Shown here: piece after piece, positions 8,134-17,157 of the stretch
Numbering within the stretch: the first letter of the stretch is position 1
Layout: each line of letters begins with the position of its first letter
DNA from: Promethearchaeota archaeon
GTDB taxonomy: Archaea > Asgardarchaeota > Thorarchaeia > Thorarchaeales > Thorarchaeaceae
Assembly (NCBI GenBank): GCA_014728035.1
Contig: WJMJ01000050.1
Location: forward strand, 1 to 31,891
DNA: 31,891 nt
Direction: 5' to 3'
The notes under the pieces: generated by a model
What the model was told of the DNA's origin: nothing
Databases searched by the model: none
Seen by the model: only the letters and a program-made list of their open reading frames with translations
Made by a program: the position numbers and the translations under genes

Positions 8134-9834
8134 TCAGAATATCTTTGGTTCTTCCCACTCACCAAATACTTCACGCCAGACATCCATGATTTCACCAACA
8201 GAAGCATATGCACGAACTGCTTTTACAACCCAAGGCATGACATTTTCATCGCCCTCAGATGCTTTCTTCAGTCCTGCAAGAGCCTCTTCGACCTCAGAAC
8301 TATCACGCTCTTCTCGAACTTGCTGTAGTCGTTCTACCTGTTTTCGCTCAACATCAGGATCAATCTTGAGAACAGGAATACTGGTGTCTTCACCCTCTAA
8401 CACGTATTCATTAACACCAACAATGATTCGTCGGTTTGTTTCAATCTCACGTTGGTATTTGTACGAGGCTTCAGCAATCTCTCGTTGGAAGAATCCCTTT
8501 TCGATGGCAGGAATAACCCCACCCAGCGCTTCAACCTTGTCAAAATACTTGTAGGTCTCTTCTTCCATCTGATTGGTCAACGCTTCAACATAATAAGAGC
8601 CAGCTAACGGATCAATTGTGTTGGGAACCCCACTCTCATGTGCAATGACCTGTTGAGTTCGTAGAGCAACACGTACCGCATCTTCAGTAGGAAGACAAAG
8701 TGCTTCATCCATACTGTTCGTGTGGAGAGATTGTGTTCCACCCATAACTGCTGCGAGAGCTTGATAGGCGGTTCGAACAACATTTACCGTTGGTTGCTGT
8801 GCTGTCAAAGAACATCCAGCAGTCTGAGTGTGGAAACGCATCCACAATGAGCGTTTCTTCTTTGCCCCAAAGCGTTCTTTCATCTCTCTTGCCCAAATTC
8901 GTCTGGCTGCTCGATATTTGGCAACTTCTTCAAAGATGTCGTTATGAGCATTAAAGAAGAAAGATAGTCGAGGGGCGAATTTATCAACATCAAGACCTCT
9001 CTCAACACCCCATTTAACATATTCAAGACCATTCATGAGTGTGAAAGCTAACTCTTGAACAGCTGTGGAACCAGCTTCCCGAATGTGATAACCAGAAATC
9101 GAGATGGTGTTCCACCGAGGAATGTTTTCAGTAGCATATTCAATAATGTCTGTGATGATTCTGAGAGAAGGTTCAGGTGCCAATATCCAAGATTTTTGTG
9201 CCTGGTATTCCTTCAAGAGATCATTCTGTATAGTCCCACCGATCTTGTCAGCAGGAACTCCCTGTTTCTCAGCTGTGACCATATACATCGCAAGAAGAAT
9301 AGAAGCAGGTGCATTGATGGTCATTGATGTCGTTACCTTGTCAAGGGGAATTCCATCAAAGAGGATTTCCATGTCCTTTAACGTATCAATGGCAACTCCG
9401 AGTTTTCCAACCTCTCCAAGAGCGTAAGGATGATCGGAATCACGTCCGAAGAGGGTGGGGAGATGAAATGCAACACTTAAACCTGTTTGCCCATTAGCTA
9501 AAAGAAACTTGAATCTCTGATTAGATTCCTCTGCAGTACCCATTCCAGCAAATTGGCGCATGGTCCAAATCCTTCCACGGTACATTGTGGGTTGAACTCC
9601 ACGAGTATAGGGAAATTGGCTGGGAAAACCAAGATCTCGAAGATAGTCAAAATCAGGAATGTCAGCAGGAGTATACAGCCTTCTTACTGGTACACTAGAG
9701 GTCGAAATGAACTCCTCTTCGCGCTCAGGGTATTTCTTCTCGTGAGGTTGTAGTACTTCTTCTTCCCACTGCATCTTGGCTTTGCGAATCTCTTCCAGAT
9801 CTTCGCAATTCTTGGATTTCTTCTTATCCGCCAT
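8134..9834 (-). CDS. AdoCbl-dependent acyl-CoA mutase large (substrate-binding) subunit, methylmalonyl-CoA mutase family, isobutyryl-CoA-mutase-type residues
   Basis: [62 protein letters not shown]. No C-terminal B12-binding domain (split type). Start ATG 9834. Confidence 0.95.
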   Translation of the reverse strand: MADKKKSKNCEDLEEIRKAKMQWEEEVLQPHEKKYPEREEEFISTSSVPVRRLYTPADIPDFDYLRDLGFPSQFPYTRGVQPTMYRGRIWTMRQFAGMGTAEESNQRFKFLLANGQTGLSVAFHLPTLFGRDSDHPYALGEVGKLGVAIDTLKDMEILFDGIPLDKVTTSMTINAPASILLAMYMVTAEKQGVPADKIGGTIQNDLLKEYQAQKSWILAPEPSLRIITDIIEYATENIPRWNTISISGYHIREAGSTAVQELAFTLMNGLEYVKWGVERGLDVDKFAPRLSFFFNAHNDIFEEVAKYRAARRIWAREMKERFGAKKKRSLWMRFHTQTAGCSLTAQQPTVNVVRTAYQALAAVMGGTQSLHTNSMDEALCLPTEDAVRVALRTQQVIAHESGVPNTIDPLAGSYYVEALTNQMEEETYKYFDKVEALGGVIPAIEKGFFQREIAEASYKYQREIETNRRIIVGVNEYVLEGEDTSIPVLKIDPDVERKQVERLQQVREERDSSEVEEALAGLKKASEGDENVMPWVVKAVRAYASVGEIMDVWREVFGEWEEPKIF

Positions 9835-9989
9835 ATGAACTAGCTCCACTCAATGACTACTTAGACCGCTTCAAGCCGGTGTTATTAAGCTATCCGATTT
9901 GTAGAAGAAACCGTATCATTGAAGCATCGTATTAGTTATTAGGTTGAACTTGTTTTGGAGAGTAGTATTTTATTCAACGAGGGAAATTC

Positions 9990-10514
9990 ATGAAGATACT
10001 GCAAGTGCCTTTCATTGAACAACAAATGAACAATGACTGTGTAATCGCATGTCTTGAAATGATATTCAGATACCTAAAGACCCAGTATAAAGAGATTGCA
10101 ATATTTTCCAGAAAAGAACTGCTGAAGATTTTAGATATATCCGTTATTGGTACAAGAATTTGTGATGTTGAATTACTAAATGAGCATAAAAAGCTTGAAA
10201 ATCATCGTTGGCGACCAAAGTTTCATTGTAGTCCAGGTTCAATTGGACATATATGGGAACAAATAGATAAGGAACAACCAATAATAGCATATATTGTAAA
10301 GAGATTTCTCGGAAATCAAATCAAACATGCAATACTGATAAATGGATATTCTAAAGACAAGACAGAATTATCAATATGTGACCCCCTAGAAGAACAGCAA
10401 ACAATAATATCCACTGGCGAGTTCCAAGAAAAATGGAAGCTCTTTCTTCAGTATCATGTGTACTATGACGTTACGGAAGTCTTACAGCCAAAGATAACGG
10501 AGTTTATTGACTAA
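9990..10514 (+). CDS. C39-like papain-fold cysteine peptidase (stand-alone)
   Basis: VPFIEQQMNNDCVIAC (oxyanion Gln + catalytic Cys), HAILINGY (His), ICDP (Asp). Confidence 0.8.
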   Translation: MKILQVPFIEQQMNNDCVIACLEMIFRYLKTQYKEIAIFSRKELLKILDISVIGTRICDVELLNEHKKLENHRWRPKFHCSPGSIGHIWEQIDKEQPIIAYIVKRFLGNQIKHAILINGYSKDKTELSICDPLEEQQTIISTGEFQEKWKLFLQYHVYYDVTEVLQPKITEFID

Positions 10515-11474
10515 ATGGAGAGATTAGAGATGGAAGCTCGTAGACAAATTGAGGAATACATATTCAAATCATACGGACACTTGGTGCTTCATGATCCTCC
10601 AAAATTTGACAAAGAGAGAGCGCTTTGGATTACAAATCTCCGTTCTGACTATCCAATATTGATAAGAGACGATAAAAGAATGACAAAAACGCTGAAGTTC
10701 CTGAAAATACACTCTTTAGGACACGTTGTTTTTGATAAACAATTACATCTGATAGAAAGTAAAACAACCGAAGAAGAAGAAATTGAAGATCGCGTGCGAA
10801 AATATTTAGATATGTGGAGGTCTTACGCGGAGGATATCGTAGTCAAAGCTTCAGCAGAAAGGATAGCAAGTTTGGGTGAAGTGCGTTTATCACTAAATCC
10901 AATTTTTGAAATCATTAATTTCATCGACATCAACGGGTCAATATCTAGAAGTCAGATATTTGAGAGAATGTCAAAGAAGAAAAACAAAATGAGTAGATAC
11001 CTTTCGCTATTGCAAGATTTAGAAATAGTACGTCCACACGAGGCGCATTTTCAGCCTGGAAATCTATTTGTTGCACTCAAAGAAAGATTTCCTTCTGATT
11101 TTGACAAGTTCATTTCATCAATATTCTCAGAAATCCTAAGAAAAAGGTATTCTTATCTTCGTGATATTATTCAAACACAAAACCTATCCAAATTAATCAG
11201 TGTAGAGAATATAATCTATTATCCTGAAATTCATACAGAGGAAGCAATACCGAGAGACTACAAAACACTTGTTAAAGAATACAGAACAGAATATCAATCA
11301 CCAATAAGCGAACCAGCAATTGCTGGATATTTGCGGAAACTAGAACAAATTGAGTTAATTGATGAGGAAAATGGACTCTATCACGGAACGCAGGACATGA
11401 GAGAAAGAATATCTGAACTGCGAACCGAAACAACTTCACCCGAATCCATATGGTCAATTCCGAGTCCCTATTAG
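10515..11474 (+). CDS. Hypothetical protein with probable winged-helix domains, coupled to the C39 gene
   Basis: 319 aa, starting directly after the C39 stop. Two wHTH-like segments: MSRYLSLLQDLEIVR and IAGYLRKLEQIELIDEENGLY. Confidence 0.75.
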   Translation: MERLEMEARRQIEEYIFKSYGHLVLHDPPKFDKERALWITNLRSDYPILIRDDKRMTKTLKFLKIHSLGHVVFDKQLHLIESKTTEEEEIEDRVRKYLDMWRSYAEDIVVKASAERIASLGEVRLSLNPIFEIINFIDINGSISRSQIFERMSKKKNKMSRYLSLLQDLEIVRPHEAHFQPGNLFVALKERFPSDFDKFISSIFSEILRKRYSYLRDIIQTQNLSKLISVENIIYYPEIHTEEAIPRDYKTLVKEYRTEYQSPISEPAIAGYLRKLEQIELIDEENGLYHGTQDMRERISELRTETTSPESIWSIPSPY

Positions 11475-11493
11475 ATTGGGTTGCGGACGTTCA

Positions 11494-12057
11494 TTAATAC
11501 TCAAATCCCTTGCGAGCTTCCAACTTTTCGGTTTCGAAATAATGCTTTACTTCTCTCATCTCAGTGACAAGGTCAGCAGCTGCTATCACTTCATCACGAG
11601 CATATCGACCAGTCATAATCAGCTCAACATCATCAGGTTTCTCTTTGATTAGAGCTAGCTGGTCTTTTAGATCAATAAGATTCCACTCAACAGCTACATT
11701 GATTTCATCGAGAATTAGAACATCACATTTGTGCTCACGAAGAGCGTCTTGTGCCATCTTTAATCCATCTTGGGCCATCTTGATATCGATTGGGTCAGGG
11801 TTTTCTTTATCCACCCATGATTGACGACCCATCGGAATAATAGTGTAGTTTGGAATTGCTTCTACACTCTTAAACTCACCATAATTGATGTCATCTCCAT
11901 CACCACGCCAAGCTACTTTAGCTTTCATGAACGAAATGACCAAAACCTTTAGTCCATGTCCTGCAGCTCGTAGTCCTGCACCAAGTGCGCATGTTGTCTT
12001 TCCCTTTCCATTTCCAGTATAGACCTGCACTTGTCCTGGTTTTGCTGGTGAAACCAT
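11494..12057 (-). CDS. cobO: Cob(I)alamin adenosyltransferase (CobO/BtuR type)
   Basis: VYTGNGKGKTT, GLRAAGHG, LILDEI, MTGR, ADLVTEMREVKH. Confidence 0.95.
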   Translation of the reverse strand: MVSPAKPGQVQVYTGNGKGKTTCALGAGLRAAGHGLKVLVISFMKAKVAWRGDGDDINYGEFKSVEAIPNYTIIPMGRQSWVDKENPDPIDIKMAQDGLKMAQDALREHKCDVLILDEINVAVEWNLIDLKDQLALIKEKPDDVELIMTGRYARDEVIAAADLVTEMREVKHYFETEKLEARKGFEY

Positions 12058-12070
12058 CTTTATAGCTCCA

Positions 12071-12700
12071 TCAGTTGAGTCTTTTTACAAGCTCAGCAAT
12101 ACGCTTTCCAAGTCCTTGACTGGCGGATATTGCAAGAGTATCGTCTTTCGCAGAACGCCATCCACCCTCATCTTTCTGCATTGCTCCTGAGCCAAAGGGA
12201 CCATCCTTTACTGGACTGCCCACACCGCCAGCAACAATCATACCATGAGCAAGAGCAAAACGATGAAGTAATTCGATAACTGGTTCTTGTCCACCGTATC
12301 TAAGCCCTGCATAGGTTATTGCTCCAAAGACCTTGTCCTGCAATTCGTGGTCTAACATCTTCATTGTGCGCGATCGGTCCATGAAGTCCTTGAGTACACC
12401 AGGAACTGACGTGAAATAAGATGGAGCGGCGATGATTATTGCGTCAGCTTGCTTCAGCTTCTCTTCAATTTTTGGCATGTCATCTTCTGCACTCTCGGGA
12501 CAGGGTTTCTTGCGAACACAAGCATCACAGCCAGTGCACTGGTGTATCTCAAAATCACTGATATCCAGAAGAAGTGTTGTTGCACTCTTAGTTTCTCCGT
12601 CCGATAATACATCGGAAGCTGCTTCTAATGCTTTCTGAAGAAGAAAGCGTGTGCTAGAGTTCTTACGTTTTGGTGAACCACAGATGCCTACTATTAACAT
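12071..12700 (-). CDS. Iron-sulfur flavoprotein / NADPH-dependent FMN reductase (flavodoxin family)
   Basis: GICGSPKR, CTGCDACVRKKPC (Cx2Cx2Cx5C), ADAIIIAAPSYF, LKDFMDR, GGQE. Confidence 0.9.
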   Translation of the reverse strand: MLIVGICGSPKRKNSSTRFLLQKALEAASDVLSDGETKSATTLLLDISDFEIHQCTGCDACVRKKPCPESAEDDMPKIEEKLKQADAIIIAAPSYFTSVPGVLKDFMDRSRTMKMLDHELQDKVFGAITYAGLRYGGQEPVIELLHRFALAHGMIVAGGVGSPVKDGPFGSGAMQKDEGGWRSAKDDTLAISASQGLGKRIAELVKRLN

Positions 12701-12745
12701 GCTGAATCATGCGTACAGAATATTTGGGTAATTTAGAATTTGTGT

Positions 12746-13486
12746 TTATTTTGATAAAGTATCATTCAGAGCATGAGCAAGCTCACCTATCGCTTGTACC
12801 GCTCCAAGTCGACCTGACTCTTTGTACCCGGCCACCGCAACAGTCATCGAACGTACTTTCAGCAGTTGAACGAGGTATCCTCGAACTTTGATGGTAGTTG
12901 GAACAATGTCAGCACTCGGTTTAACTGTCCCTGTAGTAATCTCACGAGCTATTCTTTTCATATGGTTTGCTGGAACATTGCCACTAATCATTCTGGCCTT
13001 GGCGTCGAAGATCCCAACATAAGCTACTTGATGATTCTCTAAAGTTTCATTAACTAACGAAATGATGACATCCTGGGTTGCTGGGTCCGGAAGGGTCAAA
13101 TCAAACCGCAGGTAACGACTCACTAATACATCAATCTCCGCAATCTCTCCTATATCACCATTCCATACACGAAGAAGTTCGCCAAACCCTTTCGCAATAG
13201 AAGTGCCTAAGGAGATTGCTTTCTTTCTAACAGTACCCATGTCACAATCTTTTTTCGCTCCTAAAACCAACGAAAACGATTCGTAAAAGACAAAGAAGTA
13301 GACCATTCCATTTTGACCTAGGTGATACGGTCTTTCAAGCATGGTGCTGGGTCTCGAACGAAAAAGAGTTGAACATGCTGTTACATTGCCTGGAACCATG
13401 ATATCTTCAACTGGGGAGCCGTCCTCAATTCGTCTGGCATATATTCTCTCGGTTCCATCTCGTAATACGTAGATTTCAGAAATCAT
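12746..13486 (-). CDS. Hypothetical two-domain protein: longin-like N-terminus, roadblock/profilin-like C-terminus
   Basis: N-terminal MISEIYVLRDGTERIYAR and later YFFVFYESFSLVLGA..helix resemble longin topology. C-terminal helix-VAYVGIFDAKARMISG...TVAVAG-helix resembles roadblock/profilin. Fold is inferred by eye. Confidence 0.6.
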   Translation of the reverse strand: MISEIYVLRDGTERIYARRIEDGSPVEDIMVPGNVTACSTLFRSRPSTMLERPYHLGQNGMVYFFVFYESFSLVLGAKKDCDMGTVRKKAISLGTSIAKGFGELLRVWNGDIGEIAEIDVLVSRYLRFDLTLPDPATQDVIISLVNETLENHQVAYVGIFDAKARMISGNVPANHMKRIAREITTGTVKPSADIVPTTIKVRGYLVQLLKVRSMTVAVAGYKESGRLGAVQAIGELAHALNDTLSK

Positions 13487-13631
13487 CTAAGCACACTTAC
13501 CACTTTGCAATCTCTATTTTCGTTTCATAAGCATTGTTTGTTGATACACAAAAGAGATATTCGAGGAGTGCTAAGATACATGTAACATCGCCTTTTTATT
13601 TACAGATAGGCGCGTATGAATAGTGAGGATA

Positions 13632-13946
13632 ATGACCGAAAGAAGAAAGAAACGCAAAAAGCGTCTAAAGCGTACTCGGTATGATATATACGCAGAACTA
13701 ATCAGAGTCATCTACGTCTATGGATATTGTCCTCTAACACGAGCAGCTAGGTCCACAAATATGCCCGTTGACAGAGCAAAGACTACTATTGGCGAACTCC
13801 TTGAGAGAGGACTTTTGGAAGAGGAGGACGATGATGGACAGATTGTCTATAAAGTCACTGTCAGAGGTCATCAATATCTCGAACTCTATAAGAGAATGGC
13901 AGGTCTCGTCGGTATCCCCATTCCAGAACCCATTATTGGAATGTAA
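13632..13946 (+). CDS. Archaeal winged-helix DNA-binding protein (HTH_45-like)
   Basis: RTRYDIYAELI, LTRAARSTNM, ELLERGLL, YKVTVRGHQYL. Basic N-terminus. ATG 13632 follows GTGAGG. Confidence 0.85.
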   Translation: MTERRKKRKKRLKRTRYDIYAELIRVIYVYGYCPLTRAARSTNMPVDRAKTTIGELLERGLLEEEDDDGQIVYKVTVRGHQYLELYKRMAGLVGIPIPEPIIGM

Positions 13947-13985
13947 TTCATCTACATAGAAAATTGAAGAAAGAATCGGAATAAA

Positions 13986-14537
13986 TCAAGAATCAGATGG
14001 AGGGAAAAAATATGTTCTCAAATCATCTGTAGATGCTTCGTATTCTAAGGCTACTCGGTTGAACATATATCCCATCATATAACCCAATTTTTCACGCCAA
14101 GGGCTTTTTATAGCTGCAAAACGCGTAGTAATGATTTTTGGTTGATATTCGCTAGAGATAGTGCTTATTTGTGTCAAATCGATAAATGCGGGTTTATGGG
14201 AAAATTCTAATCGCGGCGATAAAAAAAAGAAAAATGGTCTTCTATATTCTGACAATTCCTTTATCCTTTTGATAATTTCTCTTTGTATCTTATGAGGTTC
14301 CTTGTTCCCATGCTTTTCTTGGAGTTGATCAATAATAATATTCAATTGAAAAACTGGAGATATCAAAATCCGTTGTAGTCCTTTAGGATTAGCCAAGTCA
14401 CAGGTATAAGTCAAGATTATGAATATTTTGTAATCAGAATTCACCTCTGGAAAAATATCATCATCAAAACTGCGAAAAAGATCACCTTGACACAACTGTC
14501 CTGGTACTGGTTCGCAATATATGTCAGGAAACTCCAC
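13986..14537 (-). CDS. Hypothetical protein with QGD...LTxxCD motif (PemK/MazF-like SH3 barrel candidate)
   Basis: LCQGDLF...IILTYTCDL...ILISPV...FIDLTQISTI...RFAAIKSPWREKL...MFNRVA. Third gene of an AT-rich operon; GTG start. Confidence 0.7.
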   Translation of the reverse strand: MEFPDIYCEPVPGQLCQGDLFRSFDDDIFPEVNSDYKIFIILTYTCDLANPKGLQRILISPVFQLNIIIDQLQEKHGNKEPHKIQREIIKRIKELSEYRRPFFFFLSPRLEFSHKPAFIDLTQISTISSEYQPKIITTRFAAIKSPWREKLGYMMGYMFNRVALEYEASTDDLRTYFFPPSDS

Positions 14538-14558
14538 CCAATACCACCAAATACCATA

Positions 14559-14891
14559 TTATTCCATATCATCAAGCCAAGAATCAGGAATTCTGGATTC
14601 TAAACGTCTTGATTTGTTAATCTTCTCTAGTTTTATTTTTAACTGTTCATATTGAGAAGCAAGATTCTCAATTCGTTTATTTGTTTGTTCTACCAGTTTT
14701 TCATATCGTTCATTTAATTCAATTAACTTGTTAAAGAGTTGCCAATTTTGTTTTCGAAGGAACTCTACTTCATTCTCTTTGAATTGTGCAGTATCACCAT
14801 ATGGTTTCATTTCTGAATTATGTAATGATTCTGTTGGACTGTGTTCAAAATCTAACTCTGATTCTAATCTAGTATTCATGTGATTATTCAC
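14559..14891 (-). CDS. Small coiled-coil protein
   Basis: Heptad pattern VEFLRKQNWQLFNKLIELNERYEKLVEQTNKRIENLASQYEQLKIKLEKI. Overlaps the upstream gene's stop. Confidence 0.65.
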   Translation of the reverse strand: MNNHMNTRLESELDFEHSPTESLHNSEMKPYGDTAQFKENEVEFLRKQNWQLFNKLIELNERYEKLVEQTNKRIENLASQYEQLKIKLEKINKSRRLESRIPDSWLDDME

Positions 14892-15621
14892 CTCTCAAGC
14901 TTTCAAGGAATTTGTCGGTGATATTTTTGTGAAATTCCGTTACTATTAGATTATGTAATTTCTCTGAAATTGTTTCTATTTGATTTGAGGTCATAACTTC
15001 AACTGAGTATCCGTCAATATCAATAATGTATTTTGGGATTCCATCCTCGAATGATAAATTATTTCTCAGTGTGACGAGTCCCTCATCGTGTCGGACTCTG
15101 TATTCTGTTTGAAATGTAATAGGCGCATCCTCCTCAATTCTGGATCGGGAAATTATGGGATTGAATCGCTTCAATATATATTCTATGACATTATTTTCAT
15201 GAGGAAGGGGGATTTCATTGATATACCGTAATCCCAATCGATTGAAATTTTGTAATTTTGTTGTTTTAGTGAATTCATTGAATGCAAATGTGTAATTTTC
15301 TCTGAATTCTGAATAATTCTTGTACTCTTTTGTAACAAAAATTAGTCTATCCATTGAGAGACGAATGTGTGATGTCTTATCTTTTGTTGAAAATTCCCAT
15401 TGTATTGATTCGGGAGATTCCTGAAAAGGCAACCCAATTGAAAAAGATACCCCTTTTCCCAAACCTGGGTACTTGCCACGTATTTTTTCCTGAAAAGTAG
15501 GAACTTTTTGCTGAATTGCAAGCAAAGGATCAAACCTAACTTCAAAAGTAACACTAGTTAGGAAATTAATTGGAAAAGTTTCATCATAGTTTCTTGTTGA
15601 CAATTTACTCCAATCCCACAT
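14884..15621 (-). CDS. TIGR04255-like sporadically distributed protein
   Basis: FLTSVTFEVRF, FQEKIRGKYP, WEFST, Y..YSEFR, RLGLRYINEI, YIIDIDGY, LHNLIVTEFHKNIT match the family pattern as recalled. TATA-like TTTATA ~30 nt upstream on the minus strand. Confidence 0.75.
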   Translation of the reverse strand: MWDWSKLSTRNYDETFPINFLTSVTFEVRFDPLLAIQQKVPTFQEKIRGKYPGLGKGVSFSIGLPFQESPESIQWEFSTKDKTSHIRLSMDRLIFVTKEYKNYSEFRENYTFAFNEFTKTTKLQNFNRLGLRYINEIPLPHENNVIEYILKRFNPIISRSRIEEDAPITFQTEYRVRHDEGLVTLRNNLSFEDGIPKYIIDIDGYSVEVMTSNQIETISEKLHNLIVTEFHKNITDKFLESLRGE

Positions 15622-15839
15622 TTATCTATTGAGATATAATTGCTCACAATATAAATGATATCATATACTATTGATTTCTGTAAACGCAAGGGTAATAAAA
15701 TTGAGATAGAATAAGTGAAATAAAATCATAACTGAGCTAAGATATCATAGTAACAAATTGTGACCATAATTTGTGTGTCCGCTTTATATACCCAGTTTCA
15801 TCAGATAATAGTGAATCACATGTTCAAAAGGTGAACACA

Positions 15840-17075
15840 ATGGCGGAAAAATACAAAAACGAATCAAGACTCGAGCTAGGTCCAATAGAAGGAGACCTCG
15901 AGTTAGATAACGTTGAAAGAATCTATCCCAAAGAGGGAGAAGAGATTGTTGTCAACGGAAAAATCAGAATAAAAGGTGAAACCGAGTTCGAAGGAACTCT
16001 CAAAGCACATAGCATAGAAGTCAGAAGTAGAGACCGTTTAACAATCCATGGAGACCTCGTTCTACAAGGTGATGCACTAGTCAAGAAAGGTAGTCTCGTT
16101 GTCAATGGCTCTGCAACAGGACGTCTGTTTGACGTTGGAGGCAGTTTCAGCGTTAGAGAAAACCTAGAATGTGAAGCAGCCCGAGGTGGTGGATCTGTTA
16201 AGGTTGAAGGTAATGCAACTGCTCAACGAATCATGGGCGGAGGCTCTGTAAAGATACAAGGGGATGCCAAGGTAGCTAGACTTCAAGGTGGAGGCTCAGT
16301 TAAAGTGGGCAGACTAGTTACAACAGATGAACTCAGTGCAGGCGGCTCTGGAAAAGTAAACCAAGGTGAAATCGGAAAGGTCGAGGTCGGAGGTAGTTTC
16401 AAATCGACCGGTCCTGTTGTAGTTGAAGATATTGATGTTGGTGGGTCAGTAAAGCTAGCTGGTGGATCCAAGGTAGAAGCTGTAGATGTTGGTGGGTCCT
16501 TCAAGACAGATGGAGACCTCGAATTTGGCGACATCGACGTCGGTGGAACTGTAAAGATATCTGGAACAGCAAAAGGTAAGACAATTGATGTTGGTGGAAC
16601 TGTCGTAATCGGTGGAACCCTACATCTCGAAAACATCGAAGTCGGTGGAAAAGTGGAAGTTGACGAAGACCTTCACTGTACAAGGAAGATTAAAGTTGGC
16701 GGAACTGTTAGCGTTGGCGGACGAATCAACACATTCAGGATTGTTGTTGGAGGGCGTATCGAGGCCAAATATATCAAAGCCAGCGATGGATTTCGAATTG
16801 GAAAGAGAGCAGAAGTCACAGGAAATGTGGAATCTGGTGAGATTCTTATCAGAGAACGTGCTCGAACCAAATCATTGTATGGCGACGATATAAGAATTGA
16901 AGAACGTGCTCGCGTTGGAGCAATCTATGGACGAACCATTTACATTGAGCGAGATGCAATTGTAGAGGGTGAAGTTCTCTATACAGAAACTCTTGATGCT
17001 GAGCATGATGTAAAGTTTCGAGTCGAACCAAAAAAGGTCGACCAACTACCACCACCAGAACAAGTACTAGAATAA
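15840..17075 (+). CDS. Large bactofilin-like (polymer-forming cytoskeletal) beta-helix protein
   Basis: Start ATG 15840. About 16-17-aa repeats xIxVGG[ST]VKx across most of ~411 aa. C-terminal IYGRTIYIERDAIVEGEVLY. TTTATATA box at ~15783. Confidence 0.8.
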   Translation: MAEKYKNESRLELGPIEGDLELDNVERIYPKEGEEIVVNGKIRIKGETEFEGTLKAHSIEVRSRDRLTIHGDLVLQGDALVKKGSLVVNGSATGRLFDVGGSFSVRENLECEAARGGGSVKVEGNATAQRIMGGGSVKIQGDAKVARLQGGGSVKVGRLVTTDELSAGGSGKVNQGEIGKVEVGGSFKSTGPVVVEDIDVGGSVKLAGGSKVEAVDVGGSFKTDGDLEFGDIDVGGTVKISGTAKGKTIDVGGTVVIGGTLHLENIEVGGKVEVDEDLHCTRKIKVGGTVSVGGRINTFRIVVGGRIEAKYIKASDGFRIGKRAEVTGNVESGEILIRERARTKSLYGDDIRIEERARVGAIYGRTIYIERDAIVEGEVLYTETLDAEHDVKFRVEPKKVDQLPPPEQVLE

Positions 17076-17076
17076 T

Positions 17077-17134
17077 CAGTGTGAAAGGTGATGGCCTCAC
17101 TTCGGGAGTTTACCGCCATCTCTTGTTCACACTG
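17077..17134. terminator. Long hairpin with a cUUCGg tetraloop between convergent genes
   Basis: CAGTGTGAA(17077-85)/TTCACACTG(17126-34), GATGGC/GCCATC, and apical CTC-a-C-TTCG-G-GAG. Confidence 0.6.
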
Positions 17135-17157
17135 TGAGGTCTGAACCTTGAAGGGGC

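Noticed and set aside
7807-8158. Minus-strand ORFs of 105 and 80 aa
   Set aside because: Their Leu/Ser/Phe bias is the antisense shadow of the purine-rich Zn-finger microprotein at 7950-8078.
16130-16760. Recurring GATGTTGGTGG-type nucleotide repeats suggesting an array
   Set aside because: They encode the VGG beta-helix repeats. I saw no CRISPR-like repeat-spacer array, tRNA or rRNA gene in the window.
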